Part shown: positions 13,172 through 24,226 of the stretch, one piece after another
Numbering within the stretch: the first letter of the stretch is position 1
How the letters are laid out: each line of letters opens with the position of its first letter
From: Monocercomonoides exilis PA203
Lineage: Eukaryota; Protista; Preaxostyla
Assembly: GCA_001643675.2 (NCBI GenBank)
Contig: LSRY02000039.1
Location: 496,001 to 560,000 of the forward strand
Reading direction: 5' to 3'
Length of the DNA: 64,000 nt
The notes under the pieces: generated by a model
Told to the model about the DNA's origin: nothing
What the model saw: the letters and a program-made list of their open reading frames with translations, nothing else
Databases searched by the model: none
Translations under genes and position numbers: made by a program

Positions 13172-13328
13172 TATAAATATGTGCGCAAACGGGCAAACTG
13201 AGCAATTTGGGTAAAATACATTTTATGTGTTGATTGATGAAATATAACTGACAACATACGTTATTTGTATCGTTGATTGAATCAAACAGTTGTCACGATG
13301 ACATTATAATCGATTTCCAACATCGTTA

Positions 13329-13589
13329 TGGGTGATTATTTTTGAATTCATATTATTTCATGCAAAAAATTCGGTGCTAAAATATTTCTTGAATATCAAT
13401 AAACAAAAATTGAAAAGTGAAAAGGCTTATTGGATGCATTTTAATCTTTGATTCGGAAAAACCATTTATTTTTTAAAAAACAATTATCATGCTTTTTCTC
13501 TTTTGAATAAAAATTTTCTTTCAAAAAACAAACTATCTTTGAAAAATCAACACCTCGAAAAAAGATATGATTTCAAAAATAATCACCCA
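13329..13589 (+). mobile_element. MITE, ~258-bp family, copy 5
   Basis: TA-tgggtgattatttttgaattcata ... tatgatttcaaaaataatcaccca-TA; 261 bp. Confidence 0.9.
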
Positions 13590-13835
13590 TATTATGAAAA
13601 CTCGCAAAAACGAGTTTTTGAGACAAATTGTAATGATTAAAAATAAAAAGCCTAAAAAAACAGTTTTTATATCAATTTTTTAAACCTTTATTTTTTATTC
13701 AGCTTTAAAATCATTTGACGACATTCTCTTGTTCATAAAAAACATCTTATTTATTGATGATTTGTGAAATGAAAAATTAATTATGAAAAAACGAAGTGTT
13801 AGTGACAAAGCAAAAAAAAAAAAAAAAAGAAGAAG

Positions 13836-13868
<33 letters not shown>

Positions 13869-13919
13869 AAATAAAACAAAAAATGAAAAATTTCAAAACA
13901 ACTATTACACATTCAAATC

Positions 13920-15420
13920 GGAATGATCCGAAGATATCATCATCTTCAAAATTCGCTAATTTGTAATTATAATGTCTTTTTTCACATTATGGCAATAAAT
14001 AAAATAGTTTAATGTGTCGGAAATGTGTTTCCAAAAAAACAAAATGTTCCCATTTTTTATCATTTCTTCATTTCATGGGTTATGATCAAAGTTGTTCTCA
14101 TGGCGTGTGATGTCAAGCTGATCAAAAAAGAGAAAATATCCGAACTTACTCGTTTGTTTAATAATGATGATAAGGCATGGGATTTGTTCATTAATGAAAT
14201 CATCAGTGATCGCATCCCTATGTGCAAAAAGCATGGAGCCTTCTAACATATACACAAAAATGGAAAATTTAGATAATTTGCCTGTCCCACGTGCAAGACA
14301 AAGACAAGCTTCCTTTCCAATACGAAATTCAGCAAAACAAAAATAGGATTGGGTATCACTCTGCTTGTTTGCCTATATTACTGGATGAAAATTCCTCATT
14401 AAACAATTGCAACGTTACTATTTATCGATGAAGACACAGTGAACTATTGGGGAAGTGCCATCAGAAAAACATGTGCTGACATATGGAATGAGACGCAGGT
14501 ATCTATTGGAGCAGAAGGCAAAATTGTTAAAATTGATGAAGCAATTTGGAGGAAAAGAAAATTTCATCGTGGAAGAAAGAAGAAACAAATTTTAATTTTT
14601 GGAGGCGTGGAGAGGAAAGAAGATGGAGGAACTGGAGGAAGATTCATGGTCGTGGTACCAAACAGAAAAAGAGAAACACTCATCCCATTGATACAAAAGA
14701 ACATTAAGGAAGGGACAACAATTATATCTGATGAATGGAGAGCGATCGACATTTTGGAGACTCTGGGTTACAAGCATTTGAAAGTTTGCCACAAAAGGAA
14801 ATTTTTTGTATAAGGACACTAGAGCATGTGCAAATACAATAGAGGGGTTGTGGTATCATTTACGATGCACTTTTCCGTCTTTTGGAACTCGCATTCGATT
14901 GATGCATGATTATCTCCCTCTTTATCTTGTCAAATCTTCATTCAACATCACTTTTATTGAACTCGTTAAGAACCTTCGCATGGAAAATGATGATGACGAT
15001 GTAGAAAAAGAAATAGAGCAAAACGAAATTGAAGAAGAAGAATCTGAAGAAATTTCTGATATAGATGACATTTTTGGTGAAAAAGTTGAAGAAGAGAAAA
15101 CAGAGTCAGAATGTGACAATGGAGCAGGAGATGGTAAAAGTGCATCTGAATATGAGCCCTTTAAATTTTTCTGAAGATTATTTCACATCATTTTTATCAA
15201 ATACAACTTTTTTCATATAAATTTGATGGAAATAAATCACTTTAATAAATAAACAATTTTATTAATTTTTTTGCTCACAAAAATTATTAATAAATTTTTT
15301 TCTCCAAAACCATGAACTTCCGACATGCAACAATAGCATAATAATAACGTGCAATGCATTGTTGAATTACCAACAAAATTTCATCAAGATCTGAGGATGA
15401 CGATATCTTCGGATTATTCC
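13920..15420 (+). mobile_element. Merlin (IS1016/IS1595-like) DNA transposon, full length, defective
   Basis: 29-bp TIRs ggaatgatccgaagatatcatcatcttca / tgaggatgacgatatcttcggattattcc (3 mismatches). 8-bp TSD ttcaaatc (13912-13919) / ttaaaatc (15421-15428). Confidence 0.92.
14100..15174 (+). pseudogene. Merlin/ISXO2-like transposase pseudogene
   Basis: CKKH...CPTC zinc ribbon; VKIDEA..RKRKFHRGR..IFGGVER; VPNRKRETLIPLIQKNIKEGTTIISDEWRA; VCH; NTIEGLW; acidic tail. Stops and frameshifts present. Confidence 0.92.
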
Positions 15421-15453
15421 TTAAAATCTTAAAACAAAAAAATAGTGAAAATA

Positions 15454-15714
15454 TTGGTGATTTTTTTTGATTTCATATTTTTTTTATCAAGATTTTCGAA
15501 TTAACAATTTGTCGAAAATACTTGAAAATCAATCTTATGTTTTCATTCAAATCATTAATGTGCTTCTCAATCTTTCCATGACAACATACATTTGAAAGAC
15601 AATAATTTGAAAGCATATAACAGTTTTTTTTGAATATTCTTTTACAGATAACTGCGAATTAGAATGTGACACGTACATAATTATTTTTTTGTTTGCAACA
15701 ACAATAATAACCCA
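15454..15714 (+). mobile_element. MITE, ~258-bp family, copy 6 (old and degenerate)
   Basis: TA-ttggtgattttttttgatttcata ... acaataataaccca-TA; 261 bp. Confidence 0.6.
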
Positions 15715-15716
15715 TA

Positions 15717-15958
15717 TGGGTAATTATTTTTGAAAAGTCGCAAATGTTGATTTTTCAAATAAATCAAAAATTTCATATCTTGATCAAATTTCTGTTCCCG
15801 CTCATGTAACTTCACAGGAATGTGTGAAATAACATTGTCAAGTTATATCCTCCACTTTGGTGAAGTTGCATAAGCGGGAATCGAAATTTGATCAAGATAT
15901 GAAATTTTTGATTTATTTGAAAAATCAACATTTGCGACTTTTCAAAAATAATTACCCA
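15717..15958. mobile_element. Foldback MITE, 242 bp, near-perfect palindrome
   Basis: TA TSD on both sides. The first 76 bp are a perfect inverted repeat, extending to ~99 bp with 4 mismatches around a ~44-bp spacer. Ends are TGGGTAATTATTTTTGAAA. Confidence 0.95.
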
Positions 15959-16296
15959 TATGAGAAAGTATTTGATCTTCAAAATAAAACAAAAATTTTA
16001 TATCTTTTCGATTTATTTTTAATACAAAAATATTTTCTGGAATATTAAACGTTAGGATTTTGAAGAAATTAGCGAACGGGAACAAAATGTTCAGTCAATA
16101 CTTGCATTCAAATATGTTTTAATTTTCTTTATTTGCTATTATAAGAACAATTGAATTCAAATTTGTGGTGAACAATTTCTATTAAAAACACCATATTTAT
16201 ATAAAAATTGATCACATCCATGATTAATGTTATATTTTTGTGTTTTAAAAAAAAAAAATCTGTTTGGATGATTCAGACAGCGAAATATGCAAAATG

Positions 16297-17290
16297 AATG
16301 AAACTTGATCTCGTCTTTTTTGTTCTTTCGATTATCTTTTTTTGAACGTTCAATAAAAAAGACACAAACGATGTTTTAAACGCTTGAATAAAAAGAGTAT
16401 TAATTCAAGATCTAATTCAATGAGAAATATATGCTGTTCTGAATGAGGCAAGGCAATAAGCATTTTAGAAGGAACTTCGTTCCAATATTTAAAAACTCCA
16501 GTTGACAAACTTCTTCAGATTTTTTTGTATTTTACCTTAAAATTGGGCATCACTCAATCAAGCAATTTGCTTTATGCTGACAGAAAGACAGTTGGACTCT
16601 GGTTTTCCCATTGCTGATCAATTTCTTTAAAAATCATATTGGAAAATTTCGAACCTATTTTGGGAGAGGGTCATGTAATGGAAGTTGATGAAGCTATTTT
16701 TCGAAAAAGAAAAATTTTCAAAGGGAAAAAAAGACACAAGTCCGGCTTTTCGGAGGAATAGAAAGAAAACGTGAAGATGGAGGAGGAAGAATTTTTATTA
16801 TTCGCGTGAAGAACAGAAGTAGAAAAACCTTATTGCCTGTCATTTTAGCTAACATCAAACCAAAGACAACAATTTACAGCAATGAATGCCGTGCATAAAA
16901 CTGCCTAAAAGATCACAACTTCACTAACATGACCATGTATCTCAAATATCATTTTGTTGACCAAATAATTGGTAATTGTTCAAATGGAATAGAGTGTTAA
17001 AAATCGAGGTTTATGCGTTTTGACATCGAACTGAAGCAAAAAACAAATTAATCGATGATTTCATTGAGTATTTCATGTATAATACTTCAAAGCGTTTCAT
17101 TTTCAAAATTTTCGTTAAAAAAATTAACACACTTCACGATGTAAATATTGGAAAAAATGAAGAATCAAGTGAAACATAGGCAGAAGAAGACCATTCACGC
17201 ACCAAGTGGAAGATTCTGATTCTTTCATCAGTTTCGGAGCAGGATATGGCTTATCCGCATCTGAGTCTGAGGAATTAAAGATAATTTTTT
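16297..17290 (+). pseudogene. Second, more decayed Merlin-like transposase
   Basis: GEGHVMEVDEAIFRKRKFSKG, FGGIERKREDGGGRIFIIRVKNRSRKTLLPVILANIKPKTTIYSNECRA and CSNGIE, plus a C-terminal GAGYG.SASE like copy 1. Many disruptions. Confidence 0.85.
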
Positions 17291-17650
17291 CCCATTATTG
17301 TTTTTTTTTTCCTTTATTTCTTTTTTCTTCACATACTTTTAATTCTCTTCATTCACCACACAAATAAATACATTTTGACATTTTGTTGTATTATCTTTTG
17401 AATAATAATTTAAAAAAATCATTTTTCAAATGGATGTTTTGCTCCAACTTCTTAAGATTTCCTGTTTTTGTTTTTTTCCAAAAGTGTTCGTTAATGCAGG
17501 AAATTTTCGTTATAGGGTGATTTATTAACCCGGACTTTTTTAAAAACCCGGACTTTTTTTTTAATGATAAGTTGATTTTTCCCACTTTTTATATTGTTTT
17601 CAGTATAAAAGGAAAAATCAATGACTGAAATTCTAGATTTAATTTTTATA

Positions 17651-17726
17651 CCTAATCTCTGATGGGGGGGAGATGGTGGGGTTAGCTCCTCCATCTCTGA
17701 TTAGTGCCTCCCCTGAGGAGATTAGG
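17651..17726. other. 76-bp GC-rich hairpin flanked by TA (mini-MITE or structured RNA element)
   Basis: TA-cctaatctc ... gagattagg-TA, with an inner stem gagatggtgggg-ttag-ctcctccatctc, set in very AT-rich sequence. Confidence 0.55.
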
Positions 17727-17845
17727 TAATAGCAAGGGGACTGACAAAAAAAGAAGATAATCTGTGAAAAAAAAATATTTATTTTTTCATTCAAAAAAAT
17801 AATATTTTCAAAATAGAAAAAGATCATTTCCCATATTTTATTTGA

Positions 17846-19448
17846 ATGAGTGTTGTCAAACAAAGAAAATAAAGTGGATTGGCGATATTGAGAGATTTGA
17901 TGAAATCTTTCTTGTATCGTCAAATCAAAAATCGATCAGTACTTATAGCCACAATAATTGCTGATGGAAAATGCCGTGTTTCCGACTCTGTCAATCAAAA
18001 TGAATTTTCTCGTTCTGCAGTTATCAGAGCAGTTTCAGCAGTTGAAAGTGGAAGAGATGTTGGAAAACCTGGCAGGCCAGAACTATTCAATGAAGATGAC
18101 AAGAATATTATTGTTGGAGTTATAAAAATCGAAAGTATATCCGGAACAAGTTTAAATGCAAAGAGAACAAGAGAATTAGTTTGATTTCACATTTATTTAT
18201 CATTCGTTTTTAATAAAAAATATATTTCAGATGGAATTTGTCCTTTCCGACAAAAAAAGACGATCAGAAACTGATGTTGATGAAAATGCCAATGATTCAA
18301 AGGCATATCCGTATTTTAATGTAAAAAGAAATTCAGCGCTAAAAGCATCCATTGCCAGAAATGTGGATATCCAACGTCTTTCAGTATCCAACCAACAAGC
18401 TCTTCTTCCTTTCTACGAGCTTCTGCAAAATCATCACAATTCACTTCATTATTCTCCTTCTTTGATCTTTAACACCGATGAATCTTCACTGCTCCTATCT
18501 GATTCCTTCAAAACTCTTGAGATTCACCCCACAGGAGTTCCAGCTGGATTCCATACAACGCCCACAAACATGCCAAATGCCACTTTGGTTGTAGCAGCTG
18601 CTGCAGATGGATATTCTCTCAAAAGCGTTGTATTGTGGCCATGCCACTAATTACCAAAGGAAATGCGAGTTCTTCTTAGCGCATTCATTGATGTTTGGGA
18701 TAACAACGATGGATGGATGACGGAAAGCATATTTCTAAGATTCGCAGAAGAGGTTTTATTAACTGGAATCATCGAAAGAAGGAAAATATTAATGAAAACC
18801 AACGAGAGATGTCTTCTTCTTTTGGATTCTCATTCTTCCCGGGCTCAGCCTGACATATGGCAGAAATTTGCTGATAACAACATTGACGTCGTCACTTTTA
18901 TTCCTCACAGTTCACACATCACACAACCTCTTGATCGTGGTGTATTTGCTGTCATCAAAAAATGCATCAACTCTCTTTACTCTGTGCCTCCAGATTCTTC
19001 CATTTCTCTTCGACGTGAGGCCATTTCCAACGTTCTTCCACAAGCTCTTCAGACAGCATTTCTTTTTGCAACTGTTGTTTCTTCGTTCAAGAAAAGCGGC
19101 GTGCTTTCAAACGAGTGGCATTCAGTACTATCAACACTTCCAAAGGAACCTTCGGTAACACTGATAAAGAGAACACACAGGTTTGATTTTTTTGGAAAAA
19201 TTATAACTGAACAAAAATTTCTTGAAGAATGAAAAAAAAAAAAAAGAAAAGAAAAGAAAATGAAAGAAGATAAGAAAAGAAAAGATAATAATGATGAAAA
19301 AGAAGAAAAAATTCTTTTCGAAGCTGAAAAGCCCCAAAAAAGAAGATTTAATAAATCCCACATTTTGAATGATGATATTTTGGATGATGAATCAAAGCAG
19401 AAAAATTCCAGAAAAATTGTAAAAAGAGAACTTGTTGATTATGTTTAA
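17846..19448 (+). pseudogene. DDE_1 (pogo/Fot1, DD35D) transposase with one intron (18179-18230) and three in-frame stops
   Basis: HTH/GKPGRP, FNTDES, LLLLDSHSSR-(35 aa D to D)-QPLDRGVF. Phase-0 GTTTGA...TTTCAG intron. Stops at 17870 (TAA), 18648 (TAA) and 19230 (TGA); no frameshift. Confidence 0.9.
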
Positions 19449-19506
19449 TAAACATCTGCGTCACCTTGTAAAATGTGGGCTCACGTCAGTCAGTGCCCGG
19501 CACCAT

Positions 19507-19561
<55 letters not shown>

Positions 19562-21961
19562 AAAAAACAAACTTATTAATATTAATTATTAGTTGATTGA
19601 AAAGAATTACCAAATATTAAAAACATATTTGATTGTTCAGAAAAAACTAATTTTATACAAACAAACCTTAATTTGATCTTATTTAATTAAAATACTATTT
19701 CCGCCTTGACAAAAGTCATATTATTAAATGCGAAATAAATATCAATATTTTTCAATTCTTTTGTTAATGTTTTAAAAGTTCAGTTTTCATATTTAGATTT
19801 TTATTTTTATTTGTATTCATAAAAAAGAAAACTTTATGTATTTTTAATGTTTATCAAGTTTTTTTAATAATTGATTTAATTATCATGATTTTTAAATTGC
19901 TTTATTGCAATTCACAGAAGACAACTTTATCCTTTTGATTTAACAATTGCAAAATAAAACAAAATAAAATCATTTGATATGTTGTTCGGAATATGATAAA
20001 CATGAGAGAATTATTATCAATGAATAAAAAATAAAACATATTATTACGAATATTTCAAAATAAATTACTACCGCAGCATATTTCTCCACAGCCCTCACTC
20101 TGCTTCTTCCTCTCCTTCCTCTTCATCTTCCACTTCCTCCGCTTTATCTTCCACTTTTTCTTTCCGTTCTTCTCTCCTCTCCTCTCCCTTTTTTCTCCTC
20201 TATTTTCTGCCTTTTATCCCCTCACTCTTATCTTCCTTTTCCCTCTTCTCTTTCATTTCCATCATGAAACTCATTTGCTTCATCATCACTTTCTAATTCA
20301 TCTCTGCCTTCTACACCTTCATAACATTTCCTCTCTGCTTTGATATTCCGCTTTGTCTCTCCCGCCTCCTTTTCCTGCGCCAGCGCACTCAGCTGCTTCA
20401 CAACCTCCACATCCACTTCCCCAGCCTCTGTCCTCTCTGTCACGACCATCCTTTCCAGCTGAAACGCCGCTTCTTGCATCTCTCAGTTCTGCCCCAGTAC
20501 GTTTTCCCTAGACTCCACCAGCGGACGCTCCCGTTCCTTGCCCTTCCTCCGCTTCCGCATACAGCATCCAGAAGCCACCACCACCACTCCCACCACTACC
20601 GCACTTAACCCAACATGCAGTATGATCATCTTCCCATACAGTTCAAACAACTCCGCTTACAGCCTGCCCCTTCACATTTCCGCTCAAGAGCAATAGCTGC
20701 TGCATCATGAAACTTTCAATTTTCCTCTTCCTCCTCCCCTGCCCTCCCTCTGCACCTTTCTCACCTGCCCGCTCCTCCACAGCCATCTCCTCACTTGAAT
20801 TCATTTCCCTCACCAGCTCCTCCTCATCTTCCCAGCTCTCTTGAAACACATTCAACCCGATCCTCCCGTTCCTCCTCGGCTACGCATTGTACTCTGTGCT
20901 CTCAAACCTGTATGCCCTCACCCGCTCGCCCCCATCTGCCACACGCATAATTATCTGGAAGTGCAGCTCGCACTGCACCAGCTCCAGCCCCACAAGCTTC
21001 AGCCGCTCCTGCCCCTCACTGCTTGCCTAGCTGACGCTCTTCAGCACTGGATGAAAATGCACACACCCTCCACCACATGCAGCTCTCTCTCGCTAACTCC
21101 GAGGTCTGGATGCTGTGCACCTCAACCACCACGTCGATGCCCTGCATGATCCCTCCCTTCGACGAATGCGATATTCTTGCTTTCTTCACTCTGAACTTGC
21201 ACTCCTCAACCACCAGCACACATTCTCCATTCCTCCCCAACATCACATTTCCATTTTCAAATATCGTAGCAAACACCAATAATTGTAATTCCATCGCAAT
21301 AGTTACCTGCCCTGCTACTGTTCTGCACTTTTTGACATCACCCACCCGCTGCCAAACACCCACTACACCACGCACATTCCCGCACGCGCGATCCATCTTT
21401 TCCAGCCATTCGCATGTATCGCTAAACCTCTAAACGTTAACCATGTTTGAATTAATATATGTGCATCGTAATAATGTTCCACATCTGTACGAAGAACATG
21501 CTTCGATAGCACAAATTAGTAAGAAAAAATATATGAAAATTTGAAAAAATAAAAATTATTCACAAACAATAAAAACAAGAATTTTTTCAAGATGAAAATT
21601 TTATTAAAGACATTTTTTCAAGTAAAAAAACACAAACATTCGAAAAAATGGACAAATGACTTAAACCACGTCAGTGACAGGCAGTGACGTGAGTGACGTG
21701 GTATAAATACCATAAAAATTTGATCACGACACAACCCATTGTTCATCAATTAGAAGAAAATAACCGATTTTAAAAATCAAAAATAGTTAAAATAAATACC
21801 AATGTTAAAAAGAATAAATTGTGAATAAAATACAATTATTACCTGCATTTTCTTTTTTGATAAAAGAAATATTTTTTAAAATTATTGAATAGAATTTTTT
21901 TCAGTCACGTCACGTCACTCCAAAAATGTTCACGTCAAAAGGCATGTGACGCAGATGTTTA
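19449..21961 (-). mobile_element. hAT-like element (16-bp TIR, 8-bp TSD) with a decayed GC-rich coding interior
   Basis: Perfect TIR taaacatctgcgtcac / gtgacgcagatgttta. TSD atgtttaa (19441-19448) / atgtttat (21962-21969). Subterminal CACGTCA/TGACGTG repeats. Minus-strand fragments at 20228-21396 are only weakly hAT-like (GQVTIAM). Confidence 0.75.
19508..19560 (+). repeat. poly(T) homopolymer, 53 nt
   Basis: Direct reading of the sequence. Confidence 0.95.
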
Positions 21962-22075
21962 ATGTTTATTATTAATCATTTCAATTTTCAAAATTAAAAC
22001 ATGATTGCTTGAAAAAAAAATTTTATTTATATCAAACCAAAATAAAAAAAAAGTTCGGGTTTATAAATCACCCTA

Positions 22076-24226
22076 CAGTCTGTCCGTAATTAATGTTGAT
22101 CTGTCCAAAAATAATGTTGATCAAACCTTCAATTGTGTTCAATTTTTAAAACCTTAATATCTGATAATAACAGTGATAAAATATCTCTATGAGCAATATT
22201 TATTTATTGGATGCTCGAACAACACAAAAAAAATTTTGATCACTCAAAATGTCCTAACTGTCGAAGAATATAGTGTCAGGCAAGTCATAATGCCCTTCAC
22301 CCATCCCCTGGAAGATAGAATTCACAATGTAATTCGTATGAGAGCAGAATTGAAGAAAAAAGAAACTGAAGCACAAAAAAGCGAACAAATACAGAAAGCG
22401 AATGATTCTGAAACGTTTATCAACAAAAAACCCTACACTCCAGCTACGTTGGAAAAAAGAAGAAAGCTTACGGATTTGTTTCGTGTTCATGGTCATTCAA
22501 AGACAGAATCGTGGTATGCCAAAGAATGCTTGCTCACAACAATTACAACTGCGAGGTATTTATCAAAGTTACAAGTTGGAGTGGACATTACACAACCGTT
22601 TGAAAAAAGAGGAAGGAAAAGAATAGTCGATAATGACACTTTGAATCAAATAGTTAGAGAAAAAATGAAACTTAACCCGCTGACAACTTTGAGAAAAGTT
22701 GCGCACGAAATGACAAATGCAGGCCATTCAATTGGAAAATCTTCGGTTCATAAAATTCTGACAGAAAGAAACAGTGAGACACACAAGTTTCCGTTGTTTT
22801 CTTTTAAAAGAATTACTGTACGACCTTCAGCTGGTAATTCTGAAGAAAATAAACTCCAAAGAATACACTTTGTGGAGAAGCTTTTCCAATATCAGCGGGA
22901 TGGTGCTATTCCTTTTTTTATTGACGAGACTTCTTGGAACATAAGCTGCATTAGAAAGTGCGGATGGTCGGAAAAGGGGGATAAAGTGCTTGTTCCTCCT
23001 CCTCCTTTGTTTCAATCTGTCACTGCTATTACTTCAATCTCAATGAACGGAATGGGATACACAGAAGTGGTTCGAGGGACAATAAACCACGAACTATTTG
23101 AAGCGTATTTGAAAAGATTCTTGCTATCCATAAAATCATTTGAATCTTCAGTTATTGTCATGGACAATGCGTCGATTCATCATGTGAATACTGATGAAAT
23201 TATTTTACAGTCTGGACACAAAGTTCTGTTTAATGCTGCTTACTCCCCTGATCTTAATCCAATCGAAAACATTTTTGGAATCTGGAAAGCCAAAGTTGAA
23301 GAAAACTCGTTGAAATGGGAGGATGAGTCTCATTTTATATCTACAATGCTTCAAACTTTTCAGAAAATTTCAGCACGCGAAGTAAGAAAAACAATCATGC
23401 ATGTGGAAAACGATGTGTGGCCTTTGGTTTTGGAAAAAAAGGATTTGTAATGTTTCACTCACAATCTTTGACTTTTTTCATTTCAACCAGTTTAAACATT
23501 TTTTATATTCACAAATAAAATAAAAGAAAAAATAATAATCATGAATATTCTTTGTTTTGTTAAAAAGTTAAAAAAATCGATTGAATAAAAAATGAAAATG
23601 ATAAAAAAGTTTATATGTTTCATCTTTATTTATTTATAAATCGAAATAAAGTCAGACATATTCCAATGATACAATTTTCAAACAATAATAGTGAATGTGA
23701 ATATTCTATTAAAAATAGAGTAATTCTTGAATAAGAATCATGAATGCTGAATATATACACAAATTGCAAATTTTCGTCTGTTGATAAACCAAGTGAAATA
23801 AAAAATTTATGATTCCTAACCTTCAAGTCAATGTTGATACAAAAGGATGGTTAAAATAAAATAGATGAAAGCTCATTCTACTCTTAGGAAGTTTGAAACA
23901 TAACATAATAACAATTTGATAATTTCCTGTTCTTAAAAACTGAAGGTTATTGAAAGATTAAGAAATAAAAAAAAGAAACGCAATCAAACATTGATCACAA
24001 AGGAACAATAAAAATGAAACGCAAACGTGAATGCAACTTGTGTATTTTCATTTATTGTATCTCAAATGTCAATCATTTTAAAGAAACAATTAAAAAGAAA
24101 CCAGTTTGTTAACACTTCTTCTTTTGTTTTTATCCTCTATTAATAATGGCTCTGCAATTATTTTTTGACTTTACGGTATGATCAACATTATTTTTGGACA
24201 GATCAACATTAATTACGGACAGACTG
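22076..24226 (+). mobile_element. Tc1/IS630-family transposon, apparently intact (2151 bp)
   Basis: Perfect 48-bp TIRs CAGTCTGTCCGTAATTAATGTTGATCTGTCCAAAAATAATGTTGATCA, TA TSD (22074-75 / 24227-28), and an uninterrupted transposase ORF. Confidence 0.97.
22290..23450 (+). CDS. Tc1/IS630-family (DDE_3) transposase, 386 aa, DD33E
   Basis: KRGRKR AT-hook-like linker, HTH NPLTTLRKVAHEM...IGKSSVHKIL, FFIDET, IVMDNASIH and AYSPDLNPIENIFG. First ATG at 22290. Confidence 0.95.
   Translation: MPFTHPLEDRIHNVIRMRAELKKKETEAQKSEQIQKANDSETFINKKPYTPATLEKRRKLTDLFRVHGHSKTESWYAKECLLTTITTARYLSKLQVGVDITQPFEKRGRKRIVDNDTLNQIVREKMKLNPLTTLRKVAHEMTNAGHSIGKSSVHKILTERNSETHKFPLFSFKRITVRPSAGNSEENKLQRIHFVEKLFQYQRDGAIPFFIDETSWNISCIRKCGWSEKGDKVLVPPPPLFQSVTAITSISMNGMGYTEVVRGTINHELFEAYLKRFLLSIKSFESSVIVMDNASIHHVNTDEIILQSGHKVLFNAAYSPDLNPIENIFGIWKAKVEENSLKWEDESHFISTMLQTFQKISAREVRKTIMHVENDVWPLVLEKKDL

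Larger units (their letters stand above)
17515..22073 (+). mobile_element. pogo/Fot1-like DD35D transposon, copy 2, with nested insertions
   Basis: TIRs gggtgatttattaacccggactttttt / aaaaaagttcgggtttataaatcaccc (2 mismatches). TATA on the left; TA-[Tc1]-TATA on the right. About 1.96 kb once the inserts are removed. Confidence 0.9.

Noticed and set aside
16039-17479. TIR pair for the second Merlin element (ggaatatt... / ...tttttcc)
   Set aside because: The similarity is weak and the 8-bp flanks (tattttct vs aaaagtgt) do not match.
17651-17726. tRNA or hammerhead ribozyme (76 nt, contains CTGAGGA)
   Set aside because: No T-loop TTCRA or cloverleaf on either strand, and no correctly placed GAAA or stem III for a hammerhead.
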